Below are positions 18,133 through 28,500 of a DNA stretch of 64,000 nt, one piece after another. Below the pieces are notes generated by a model. The model was not told the DNA's origin and searched no databases. It saw nothing but the letters and a program-made list of their open reading frames with translations. Position 1 is the stretch's first letter. Each line of letters starts with the position of its first letter. Source of the DNA: Candidatus Omnitrophota bacterium (lineage in GTDB: Bacteria > Omnitrophota > Omnitrophia > Omnitrophales > JACROU01). A program made the translations under genes and the position numbers. The stretch covers positions 142,612 to 206,611 of the forward strand of contig JAJDCD010000010.1 in the NCBI GenBank assembly GCA_029261035.1, written 5' to 3'.

Positions 18133-18780
18133 TTAAACCTTCAGAATGGATTGAGGATCTTTCCATTCCCCTTTCTCTTGTTGATATATTTTTCCTTTAT
18201 CTACTAGAACTTGTCCATCATCAGCCAAACTAATACGGTACCGTTCTAACGGTCTTGGGGCTGGACCTTCAAAGTTAATACCCGTTTTATAAAAACCACT
18301 CCCATGACAAGGACACTTAAACTTTTCTTCTCCTGGCAACCAAGTAGGAGTACACCCTAAATGAGTGCATACCGTAGACAATGCATAAATACCTTCTGGT
18401 GAACGAACCATCCACACACCAAATTTATTTTTGAAACGCTCATCAACTTGTCCGATTTGAAACTCAGATGGAATACCTGCTTTAAAGGTCATTGGCGGTT
18501 CAAATAAAACATTGGGAAAGAAAAAACGTAAAACTGAAGTTAAAAAACCGGCCATTGCTGCAGAAAAACCAATCCAACCAATTGCAAACCATGAAATAAA
18601 TTTTCTTCTAGATACTCCAGGTTGTTGGGGTGGAGATGTTTTTTGAGCAGCCGAACTCACGGCAGGCTTAGCTGCAGGAGCTGGAGTTACAGGCTTGGTT
18701 TCCTCAGACGGTTTAGGTTGAGATTCGGAAGCAGGTTGTTTTTGCTCCTCTGGTTTTTCTGGTTGTTTTTCGTCAGTCAT
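18133..18780 (-). CDS. Rieske 2Fe-2S protein with twin-arginine signal and a Pro/Lys/Glu-rich N-terminal extension
   Basis: CTHLGCTPTW and CPCHGSGF Rieske boxes. Tat-like SRRKFIS motif ahead of the TM anchor. About 55 low-complexity residues (PEKPEEQKQPASESQPKPSEETKP...) precede it. Confidence 0.85.
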   Translation of the reverse strand: MTDEKQPEKPEEQKQPASESQPKPSEETKPVTPAPAAKPAVSSAAQKTSPPQQPGVSRRKFISWFAIGWIGFSAAMAGFLTSVLRFFFPNVLFEPPMTFKAGIPSEFQIGQVDERFKNKFGVWMVRSPEGIYALSTVCTHLGCTPTWLPGEEKFKCPCHGSGFYKTGINFEGPAPRPLERYRISLADDGQVLVDKGKIYQQEKGEWKDPQSILKV

Positions 18781-18923
18781 AAACTCGATCCAAGGTTAAG
18801 TACGGAACTCAATATAAGGGTCAAATGCCCATTAAAAAAACGTCTATTTTATTCGAACTGCTTGATTTCTCAAGAGAAAAATTACAGTAGGGGCTACAAA
18901 CCCTATTATATCGTTAAACTTTA

Positions 18924-19790
18924 TTAAAATTCATGGGTTAATACCAGAATTGCGGCCTGCCTTACCTTCAAACTAGGGTCTTTTTCGGATAAGGTTTCAA
19001 TCTGAGTTTGAAGCTCTGTCACTCTAAGATTCGCTACTCCCTGAAGAGCACTCAGAATAATAACCTCTTTTTCATTGTCATTTAACTTTGGGAAAGTATC
19101 TAAATAAGCTCGATCTAACAATCTTTCTAAAATAAAAACACCGCTACCATCCTTTAATTGCGATAATGAAAGAGCTGCATTCCAAGCAACATCAGGTTCT
19201 GTATCTCCCAACAAAGGTTTCAAATCTGAGACAACCGAAGTGTCCCTAAAAGTCCCCATAGCAAATGCCGCAATTTTTCTTACGGGAGCGCGAGAATCTT
19301 TCAACAAGGGAAGAACTGAATCTTTAGCCCGAGGGTCTTCCAAAACAGATAAGGCCCAGACACTATAAATCACCGTATCTTCTTCAGCATCACTCAAACT
19401 CTCAATCAACACGGGCACCGACTCCGACTGCTTTAAATAACCTAATGCCAGCGCTAAATAATTTCTTACTCGAAGATCGTATCGAGCACGATTTTTAAAC
19501 ATCGGAATAATTTCTCGGGTGAGTTCTTTTTGTAACTGAGGGTCTGCTTTATCTTCAGTTACTAAAAGCCCTGCCATACTATAAGCCGCTTGCCATTTCT
19601 TATTATCACTTCCCGTTTTAATTTCGACTAAATAGTCTTGAACTGTTTTCGTTTTGAATGTAATAAACCCAAAAGCGTAAAACATCCCTACAGAAATGGT
19701 GACAATTAACAATGGAATTAAAAAAAGACGCATTACCGAGTTATAAGGTGAGTCTTGTTGTTCATCAACTTGATTTTGTTCTTCGCTCAT
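18924..19790 (-). CDS. HEAT-repeat (PBS-lyase-like) protein with N-terminal TM helix
   Basis: 288 aa. Repeated segments (LALALGYLKQSESVPVLIESL, SVWALSVLEDPRAKDSVLPLL, AAFAMGTFRDTSVVSDLKPLL) match HEAT-like repeats. Directly upstream of the Rieske gene in the same orientation. Confidence 0.55.
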   Translation of the reverse strand: MSEEQNQVDEQQDSPYNSVMRLFLIPLLIVTISVGMFYAFGFITFKTKTVQDYLVEIKTGSDNKKWQAAYSMAGLLVTEDKADPQLQKELTREIIPMFKNRARYDLRVRNYLALALGYLKQSESVPVLIESLSDAEEDTVIYSVWALSVLEDPRAKDSVLPLLKDSRAPVRKIAAFAMGTFRDTSVVSDLKPLLGDTEPDVAWNAALSLSQLKDGSGVFILERLLDRAYLDTFPKLNDNEKEVIILSALQGVANLRVTELQTQIETLSEKDPSLKVRQAAILVLTHEF

Positions 19791-19801
19791 ACTTCTTTCC
19801 T

Positions 19802-20161
19802 TTATTTAAAAAATAACTGGATTGAAATAACTAATAAAAATACGGAAAATACTTTCTGTAAAACATAAGAGGGCAAAGCGACATTCATCCGAACCCCAAT
19901 AAAACTACCCAAAACACAAAAAACAGCAACAACGGCTGCGATTTTCCAGTTCACCTGTCCTGAATTCGCGTGGTTGAGCGCTCCAAATAAAGCCGTAGGG
20001 ATAATCACTGCCAAAGAAGTTCCTGTAGCCACATGAATATCCATCTTCAACAAATATAAAAACAAAGGAACTAAAACAGTTCCTCCCCCAACTCCAAACA
20101 AACCACTTAAAATCCCTGCCAACAAACCTATCCCTAAGATCAAGCCCCAATTCATAAACAC
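19802..20161 (-). CDS. Small TSUP/TauE-like (DUF81) membrane protein, single-repeat form
   Basis: 119 aa with the GVGGGTVLVPLFLYLL motif typical of the TauE/SafE family. Half the size of canonical members. Confidence 0.5.
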   Translation of the reverse strand: MFMNWGLILGIGLLAGILSGLFGVGGGTVLVPLFLYLLKMDIHVATGTSLAVIIPTALFGALNHANSGQVNWKIAAVVAVFCVLGSFIGVRMNVALPSYVLQKVFSVFLLVISIQLFFK

Positions 20162-20172
20162 TCCATTGGTTT

Positions 20173-20583
20173 TTAAGTTCGTTCGTCTAACTCCTGATTT
20201 ACAAGCAGATCAACAATCTGAATTTTAGGATGTGTACGAGGGACATGATTATAGCTTACTTTTTCTAACTGTTGTTCCACCTGCTTCACTTTTAGATACA
20301 TTTGCTTCATCTTGGGATCTTTAACTCGATATTGACCTAAAAGTTGTTTGATCACTAATTCACTATCGCAAAAAGCATCCACTTCTTTCGCTTCTGCCTG
20401 CACCGCAAGTTCTAACGCCTTAAGCACGCCATTATACTCAGCAACGTTATTCGTCGTCTCCCCTAAGTATGCACGGTACTCCGTAAGAATCGCTCCTTTA
20501 GCATCGACTAAGATAACACCATAGGCCGCCGGCCCTGGATTACCACGAGCCCCACCATCGGAATAAACAGAAATCGCACTCAT
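20173..20583 (-). CDS. rnhA: Ribonuclease HI
   Basis: MSAISVYSDGGARGNPGPAAYGVIL... with RNase H catalytic DEDD context. The likely start is the internal ATG at 20583, not the track start at 20661. Confidence 0.8.
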   Translation of the reverse strand: MSAISVYSDGGARGNPGPAAYGVILVDAKGAILTEYRAYLGETTNNVAEYNGVLKALELAVQAEAKEVDAFCDSELVIKQLLGQYRVKDPKMKQMYLKVKQVEQQLEKVSYNHVPRTHPKIQIVDLLVNQELDERT

Positions 20584-20677
20584 TCCATACTCTCTTATCG
20601 TTTTAAGTCTATTAATTGATCTTGAAGTCAATAATAATAAAGGAAGCCCTTGAAAGGTCAAGGGATAAGTTCATAAA

Positions 20678-20720
20678 TAAAAAAAGAGGCACACCTTACA
20701 ACATAAAAGGTATGCCTCTT
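20678..20720 (-). terminator. Rho-independent terminator downstream of the small-peptide gene pair
   Basis: Minus strand: AGAGGCATACC-loop-GGTGTGCCTCT followed by TTTTTTTAT. Confidence 0.65.
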
Positions 20721-20802
20721 GTCTTGATAGGGCTTTTCAGTTAAAAACGATTAAACGCTCCCTCTCGGGTCATTATGCGTTTTTGCCCTTTTAAATGACT
20801 CT

Positions 20803-20946
20803 CTATTTTGCATGGATATATCGGATTACGAATACAATAGTTGCCAATACAAACAAAGGCAAATAAACAGAAAGCTTATCCATGTACCATAATCCAATAG
20901 TAATCCCCAAAAAGAGTCCTGTCAGAAGATGATAATCATACTTCAT
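20803..20946 (-). CDS. 47-aa hydrophobic small membrane peptide (copy 1). Not in the ORF track.
   Basis: ATG at 20946 preceded by GGGGGGTGAG. Translation: MKYDYHLLTGLFLGITIGLWYMDKLSVYLPLFVLATIVFVIRYIHAK. Paralogous to the adjacent peptide. Confidence 0.5.
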   Translation of the reverse strand: MKYDYHLLTGLFLGITIGLWYMDKLSVYLPLFVLATIVFVIRYIHAK

Positions 20947-20996
20947 GTTCTCACCCCCCCATCCAAAATTTAGTAGAGCTGATCCTTCAGCCCCTC

Positions 20997-21140
20997 TTAT
21001 TTAGCTGTTATATATCTAATCAATAGGACAACAGCTCCTATAATAAACAAGGGTAAATAAGGTGTTAACTGAGCTCCATACCACAGAGCTACCACCACCC
21101 CTAGGAACATGCCCATAATTAGGCTGTGGTCTAAATGCAT
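20997..21140 (-). CDS. 47-aa hydrophobic small membrane peptide (copy 2). Not in the ORF track.
   Basis: ATG at 21140 preceded by GGGGGTGAG. Translation: MHLDHSLIMGMFLGVVVALWYGAQLTPYLPLFIIGAVVLLIRYITAK. Shares the LWY...YLPLF...IRYI.AK core with copy 1. Confidence 0.5.
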   Translation of the reverse strand: MHLDHSLIMGMFLGVVVALWYGAQLTPYLPLFIIGAVVLLIRYITAK

Positions 21141-21196
21141 ATCGCTCACCCCCTATTCTTTACTTTTCTTTCCTACACAAAAAGATTAGCACTATA

Positions 21197-21211
21197 TTGA
21201 CACATTGTCAA
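21197..21211. promoter_or_regulatory. Perfect palindrome TTGACAcatTGTCAA. Shared -35 / operator of the divergent XRE and small-peptide promoters.
   Basis: A 6-3-6 inverted repeat that reads TTGACA on both strands. On the minus strand, 17 nt downstream lies TAATCT. A near-palindrome TGACATATAGTCA follows at 21249-21261. Confidence 0.5.
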
Positions 21212-21361
21212 AATAGCATAACTTTATAGGATTATATTCGTTTAAAATTGACATATAGTCATGTTTCTAGTTATACTTAGTTTAGAAGTGAAAAAACAGT
21301 GAAGTATCTGTAAGCCATTTATTTAAAAAGAGTTATATCTTATTTAGAAGAGAGAGAAATA

Positions 21362-21670
21362 ATGAATATTGGAAAACAAATCAGAGCAATTCGGCAGAAG
21401 AAGAGAATGACTCAAAAAAAACTAGCAGAACTCATTGGAAGAGAAGGCAGTTTTGTGAGTCATATTGAAAGAAACTCCCGGAATGTCTCTGTCAGACTCC
21501 TCAGCCAAATTGCACAAGCTCTAGAAACGGCCCCTATGGAATTTTTCATTACTGGAAAAGATGATTATGAGAAAAGTATAGAAAAGATGAGCACGCTCAA
21601 TGAAGAAAGCCTACATAAACTAAATGATTATATCGACTTTCTTCATCTCACTCAAAATAAAGAGAATTAA
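21362..21670 (+). CDS. XRE-family helix-turn-helix transcriptional regulator
   Basis: 102 aa. HTH region IRAIRQKKRMTQKKLAELIGREGSFVSHIERNSRNVSVRLLSQIAQAL. Confidence 0.8.
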   Translation: MNIGKQIRAIRQKKRMTQKKLAELIGREGSFVSHIERNSRNVSVRLLSQIAQALETAPMEFFITGKDDYEKSIEKMSTLNEESLHKLNDYIDFLHLTQNKEN

Positions 21671-21681
21671 TTTGAAGCTGA

Positions 21682-21778
21682 GTGACAGTCACATTGCTCT
21701 GCGTTTCACGCAGGCATTTGACAGTCACTTTAAAGTTGAGTGAAAAAAGGGTGACTGTCACTTTACGTGACTGTCACC
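21682..21778. repeat. Cluster of four GTGAC(A/T)GTCAC palindromes with an internal CTGCG...CGCAG hairpin (family P, copy 1)
   Basis: Copies at 21682, 21718 (degenerate TTGACAGTCAC), 21751 and 21768. The last copy lies inside the final codons of cysE (encodes ...GDSHVK). Confidence 0.7.
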
Positions 21779-22429
21779 CTTTTTTACCTTCTTCTTAGCC
21801 AACGCTTGCTCAATCACGTCAATTTCTTTTTGAAGAAAAACGATGCGTTCTCTCAGCTCTTCAACAGGATCTGGTAAATCACAATGATCTAGAGGCTCTA
21901 CTTTATTTCCATCACGACGCACAACTTCACCAGGCACTCCAACGACGGTGCAACTTTCTGGCACGGGATGAATCACAACAGAACCAGCACCTACTTTAGA
22001 GTGACTCCCAACAGTAATATTTCCCAAAACTTTAGCCCCAGCACCCACAACAACATTATCTCCTAATGTAGGATGCCGTTTCCCGCGATCTTTTCCAGTT
22101 CCACCTAAAGTAACTCCTTGATACAAGGTCACATCATTTCCAATCTCAGCCGTTTCCCCGATCACAACACCCATTCCATGATCGATAAAAAACCCGCTGC
22201 CAATCTTTGCTCCAGGATGAATCTCAACACCCGTTAAGAAACGAGCCATCTGAGAAATTAAACGTGGAATCACAGGAATCTTAATCACGTGAAGTAAGTG
22301 TGCCAATCGGTAATAAAGAATCGCGTGAAAACCCGAATTAGACAAAATTGCTTCAAGCCATCCGAACAGAGTCTTAGCCGCAGGGTCACGATCAAATATT
22401 GCTTTGTAATCTCTAAAAATTGCTTTCAT
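21758..22429 (-). CDS. cysE: Serine O-acetyltransferase
   Basis: 223 aa. N-terminal SATase helical domain plus hexapeptide repeats (GAKIGSGFFIDHGMGVVIGETAEIGNDVTLYQGVTLGG). Confidence 0.85.
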   Translation of the reverse strand: MKAIFRDYKAIFDRDPAAKTLFGWLEAILSNSGFHAILYYRLAHLLHVIKIPVIPRLISQMARFLTGVEIHPGAKIGSGFFIDHGMGVVIGETAEIGNDVTLYQGVTLGGTGKDRGKRHPTLGDNVVVGAGAKVLGNITVGSHSKVGAGSVVIHPVPESCTVVGVPGEVVRRDGNKVEPLDHCDLPDPVEELRERIVFLQKEIDVIEQALAKKKVKKGDSHVK

Positions 22430-22569
22430 AAATAAACACCTAAACCTCTATTTAAAATTTAATAAAAAAGGGAATCTATTATGGCTCTAGCACGAGAAAT
22501 GTCAAGAAATAGAAAAGGCCTGAGCTCTAGAGCTCAGGCCTGAAACCATCTAATCTTCCGTACTGTATC

Positions 22570-25500
22570 TTACGCCGAAATAAGAATGCGAAGCTGTGCA
22601 TGTATCTCAGTAACCCATCGAGCCACCATATCATTCAAGAAACTATCCCGCATATGGAATATAGAATCAATTTGATCGAGCTTGTCTGGATGCGGATTCG
22701 TAATCGGTGTTGCTAAGAAATCAAGCCCAATATCAATAGCGGCAATTCTAGCAACCAAACGATTCTCATCTCGAACAGAGTCGAGACTGTTCCCTCGGAT
22801 TACTTGATCTGAAGAAATCTTTCGAACCCCTTTAACAAAAACACCTTCTAAGTCAACCGATGGCGCAACAACAACAACTTGTCCTTTAGGAAAACGTGCT
22901 GTTTGCATCGTAACAAAAAACTCAAGAGCTTCCGCAACTGTTTTACGACCCACTTTTTGAAAAGTGATAAATTTATTTTTTACTTCTGGATCCACTTTTA
23001 AGTTCTTAAGAACACTAAGAACTCTATCTTTTGTGCTATTATTTGGCACCAAGAAAGCAATATTCTTTTTGTTTGGGCCTCTTAATGCGAGCGCAACAGG
23101 AATTAAAGTTTCTTCTAACACCTTCTCTGAAACATCTCCCAAAGGAAGTACAAGTTGTCCAGGTAAGCTACTGGTACTTTTATTAAAAATTCGAAGAGCT
23201 GCTGCTTTTGCATCTAATGTAACTGGCGAAATTTCAATACTTGTTGGATCTAACAAAGCAGTTCCTGAAATAGTAACAGACGTTGTGATCGAATCGCCCA
23301 AGCTACTTGCGACAGCTAAATTTGTTTTCTTAGCAAACAAACTAACCAAACCCTGAATTTGTCTTTTAGCACTAGAATCCTCTATCTCAACCTCTTGTAT
23401 GGCATCTAAATGATATTGCGTAAATTTTGTAGGCGCTTTTGCCAACAAACTTCTAAGAGAAGTTAATAGATGTCGTAAATGTCCCACACTTCTAAAATTT
23501 TGCAATTCTGTAACAAGTCCATCTACTTTTGCTACTGTAATCTCTTCCGGAGCTAAAGTCTGCCTTGCAGAAGACCCTCTCTCTTTTTTATGACGATGAT
23601 CTCTAAGATGATCATTTCTCCGTCCTAAGCTATCGGCAGTAACCTCTTCTAAAATTTTTGCTACAGCTGATTTAGCTTGAGGAGTTACAAAAACTTGATT
23701 TACACCTAGGCTAGAAGCAGATAAAGGTTTCGCTGAAATAGGTGTAATATCTTCCTCTCCCACAAACATGGTAAAAAATCCGGAGTTTCTTAAACTTTCT
23801 TTTGCACCTGCCAACAACCTGTTTTCTCCACTTTCAATAAGTGGAATTCCTGCCTCTAACATTTGCTTTTTATTACGAGCAAGCAACATATTTCTTGCAT
23901 CCATAATCACAGGAACTTCAACTCTACGACCACCAATCACAACACTTTTAATAGGTTCCATTATTTGATGCGCTTCCACTAAATCTAAATTTTTTATTTC
24001 GTCCCAGTCCGTCATGAGCGCTATCAAGTTGCTTCCCTTAATTGCTTGTTTCATCGTTTTCGCAACTTCCACCTTATCGTCAAACTTAACAGTAATTAAA
24101 CGTTTCCATCCCTTTTTAACAATTCCTTCAATTTCTCTTTGGGTTAAATTTAAACTTACTGTATCAACATCCGCATCATATTTATCTTCACCCCTACTAC
24201 CAGACAAAACTTGATTCCGTACTTGTCGCAACAACCCTGATATATCTTTATCTAAAATACTCATATCTTCTTTTAAAATCTGGTACGTAAAATCAAATAC
24301 AAAGTTTTGTTGTGCTTCTTCTAAAGGATCATGAAAAGAAACCGTTGCTCCCAAATCCAATAACTCTCGGATCACAACCATCGAACGCGTTTCACGAACA
24401 TCGTCTGTATTCGCTTTAAATGCAAGTCCTAAAACACCAATACGAACACCCTCTAATGGGAGATCTGTATTTTCTGCTACATCTCCTATCGAAGCTAATG
24501 TGCTTTTGATTTTACCCACAACAACCATAGGTGCTCGTCCGTTTGTTGAAATCGCTTTCTCAGCAATTTTAAAATCAACTCCACTTTCTTTAGCACGATA
24601 AAGAGCTTCAGCGGTATCTTTAGGAAAACAAGAGCCTCCATACCCTGCTCCAGCAGCCAAAAATGCTGCATTAGGGTTACGAACATCATTTTTCATGATA
24701 CGAACTACTTCTTGATAAGAAGCTCCAACTTCTTCACTCAGCCAAGCAAGTGCATTTGCAAAAGAGATACTGATAGCCAACCAAACATTGGCCGAATATT
24801 TAATCATAGGCGAACTTTTACGGTCTGTCACAACTACAGGATGCTTGTGCCGTGCCTGCAAAGGAGCCCATAACTCTTGTAATTTTTTTGATGCGAATTC
24901 TGATTCCACACCAAATACATTTCTGTCTGGATTTAAAACATCGTGAACCGCACTCCCTTCTCTTAAGAACTCGGGATTACTTGCGATATCAAAATGGCTC
25001 CCTTCTTTAAGATCCATTTCAACTAGAACTTCTTTCATTTTATCGAACGCAATTGGAGGTACTGTTGACTTCACAACAATAACTTTCCTTCTAGGAGTTC
25101 TTCTGTCACTACTCCTTAGATTACTTTTAATACCCCAACCAGCAGTTCTTGTTGCTGAAAGTAAATAAGCTAAATTAGCTTCCCCTTTATTAGGTCCTTC
25201 TTTAATTTCTGGAGTTCCAACTGCAATATAAATAATATTAGCATCATGAATCGCTGCTTCAGCACCACTGCTATAGAACTCCGACTCTTCCAATGGAGAA
25301 TGTTGAAAGTGAAGTCGCCCATCATCACGATTCTTTTTTACCAATTCTTCTAATCCAGGCTCCCAAATAGGCAGCCTTACTTCGGGTTGATTAAGCCCTT
25401 CAATCTTATTTCTATCGATATCCAGAGTCGTAACATCATGACCCAAATCAGACAAAACAGTTCCTGTAATTAATCCCACATAACCCGTTCCGACCATAAC

Positions 25501-28500
25501 CACTTTTTTTCTATCTACAGCTGCAGGATCGTCAAATTTTATAACCTTGTCCATATTGGCTCTATCTTTAACCTTTTTAAAACTAGGACCAACAGAAGGA
25601 CGGCCTAAGCTAAGGTAGTTAATCCCTACATCTGCTACTTCCGTAAGAGAAACTTCCTGAGTTCCATCAGATTGGCGACCAAAAATATTACGCCCATCAA
25701 AAAGAGGCTTTAGTTTCAAAACTCTCTTCATCTTTTGTAACCCAATATTGCGAATCACATCATGATCCGCTGCAATCACCACTGCATTACTTTTTCGGAT
25801 AGCCTCTTCTGGAGAGTCTACAAACTCAAAAAAGTTTACGTTTAATCGACTTCTAATAATTTTATCCAACGATGTATCTTCTCTAGCTTCCGTAACCCAT
25901 TTCATAAACTCTTCTTGAACGTCAGGGTCATAGATATAAATTTTCTTAATTCCTTTAGCCGCTAACCACAACACTAAATCTTTAGCAGGGGAAGCTAGCA
26001 AACGCGCTCCATTTCCTTTAAAAGCAACTCCTAATAACGCCATCTTAATATCTGAAACTCTTTTTCCACTTATGGTCGACATATTTTGATCGATCATAGA
26101 TTTAAACCAATCAATTTGCGCATTATTAGAATCGCGCACCTCTGTAACACCATGAAATGCGAGTTGAGGTGGTAAAACATCATTTTCCCCAGCCCTTTCA
26201 TTTCGCTTAAATAACTCATCAAATTCCGAGGCCGCTCTTTCTAGAAAAGCTCTTAACTTTCCCCCAAAAGCAAAAGAAGGACTAATATTATGCAACCCCA
26301 CACGCCTATCCAAACCAGCACCAAACGCAACCATTCCCATATCTCCTTTTAACTTACGTACAACTTGTGCAATCGTATTAAAAGAAGCAAGCTTGGTACC
26401 CAAATAAGAGAGAATTCCCAAGTAGCCCAACTCCGCACTCGCAGAGTCCGTCACAACAAACATTTTTTCATCTAAGCCTTTCGGAAAAAGAAGCGCTTTC
26501 AAACTTTCCTTTGTGTTTTCTTGAGCTTGTTTCAAATTTCTAAATTTATCTGCATCATCTTCATCTACAATCGATTCCACCTTAGGAAATCCTAAAATCA
26601 ACTGCTGACTATTCATATCCTCGATTTGAGATCCTTTACGCAACAACTCTGGAGCGTACACAACCGTAAAATTATCATCCTCTCCACTAACATCATAAAT
26701 CGTCTGCATAATATTTTCTGTTCGTCCTGTAGGCATATGGCTTCGAACAATAAATGTTTTATGACTTCGATCTCCCAAAGCTCTGAGCCTCTTTAACGCT
26801 TCACCAAATCCTCTACTACGCTGATTGACAACTTTCTCAAATCGATCCGCATCTTTGTCTAAGAAAAGACCCGCATCAATCATAATGACATTATGTTCCT
26901 CTAAAACCATAATCTGTGCAATTTGATATTTCAACTCTTTAAGCTTTGCACCCGATCCTTGTAAAACAGATGAATAAAAAAGATCCTCTTTTATACTAAT
27001 TAATGTTGGAGTCACTTCTCCACTATGTCCAAAGAGCACTTTTTCTTGAATAAAATCTTTTATCCAAGTCAAATGCTTCTCAATCTGGATCATTCTTTGC
27101 GTAAGAACCTCGTCTACAGTCTGTTCTCCTAAGTCCAATTGCTGCAAACCTACTTTGTCATCTAATTTCTGTAGTTCTTTAACTTTTATTTTTTCTACAT
27201 TCAATTTCAACCTTAACCAATCCGAAACATCATCAATATTTATTTCTGTAATATCCGCATCTTTCTTTCCTTGTAAAATAACCTCAGATCTTCCTGGTTC
27301 ATGGTTCTTTGAATTTGCAGAATCCAAATTTCTCTGCGTATCATACCAATCAATCGAGATCTGACGCCCTGCATCTGTTGCTCTTTTAAGCAACACAGCA
27401 CTCGTCGTTACACCCACATCACCAACACCCCAAAAAGCAATTTTTTCTATTGGGGTTATTTCAGTAACCACCTGATCAGCACCCAAAGATGCCGCCGTAG
27501 AAACGGAAACATCCACCCAAAGACTAGACTGATTTGGGCCTAAAAATTGAACACGCAACTTATCGCCCTCTTGAGCCGTAACTTTTGCTGACGTTAAAGA
27601 CGATAAAGCTGTGCCATCAAAAGCTCGTCTTCGAAGAAGAGAGTTTGCTCGTCTTTCTAAGCCGCGTTGATAAGCTTTAGAATCTAATTGATAAGCAGAA
27701 GATACAGGTTCTGTAACCAAAGATCGAATTAACATGTGCCCTAAAGTTTCCGGAGCATCCAAAGAGTTCCTTGTTAATCGTGCTGCGATTGAAATTTTAT
27801 TTAATTCTGATTTAATAAATGCATCTGAATTAATTTGATCTTTTCCTAAAATTAAATTTAAATATTCATGCGCTTGCTCAGACAACTCTGCTTTTGGACG
27901 AATAGATAAGAAGGAAACATCTTCTTCTGTAAGTTTTTGCTGAATTCCACCACCATGAAAACCACCAGTAATAAGAACCGCCTTTGATTTACGTTCTTGC
28001 TTCAAGAAAGAAAGAGACTTTTGAATCATCGCACCTTCTCGCTCGCGAGCCACTTCATAAAAACGAAGCGCACGATCGAAAAACGAATCCTCCAATTGAG
28101 ACAAGAGAGAAACTCTATTTTCCATCTCTCTTTGAATCGTTTGGATCTTTTCCGTTAGTAAAGAAGGCTTCCAGTCAGAAGCTAAAGATTGAATTTTTTG
28201 AGCTTCATCACGACTTAATTCGAGCTTAAATAATTTTTCATAAAGATTAATAGTTTCATCTGCTTTGAAAATTTGTTTTTCCAACCGTGTTTCAAGAAGA
28301 GCTTCAGCAATGCTATTTTCCAAAGCACTTTTCTCCTGAAACAAATCAGACCCTACTAATTCTTTTTGATAAATAAGTTGACGAACCAAGGAGGGTAATA
28401 CCTTACTGCGATCTAATGAAAACTCATATTCTTCTGCAGCACTCCAAAGAAGCTCAAAATAACCTCTTGGATCTTGAAACAAAAGTAAATCACTTTGAGA

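Noticed and set aside
22964-24689. Several 60-130-aa ORFs on both strands inside 22570-29448
   Set aside because: They are embedded in or antisense to the 2292-aa ORF, whose UGDH modules are unambiguous. No SD or start contexts.
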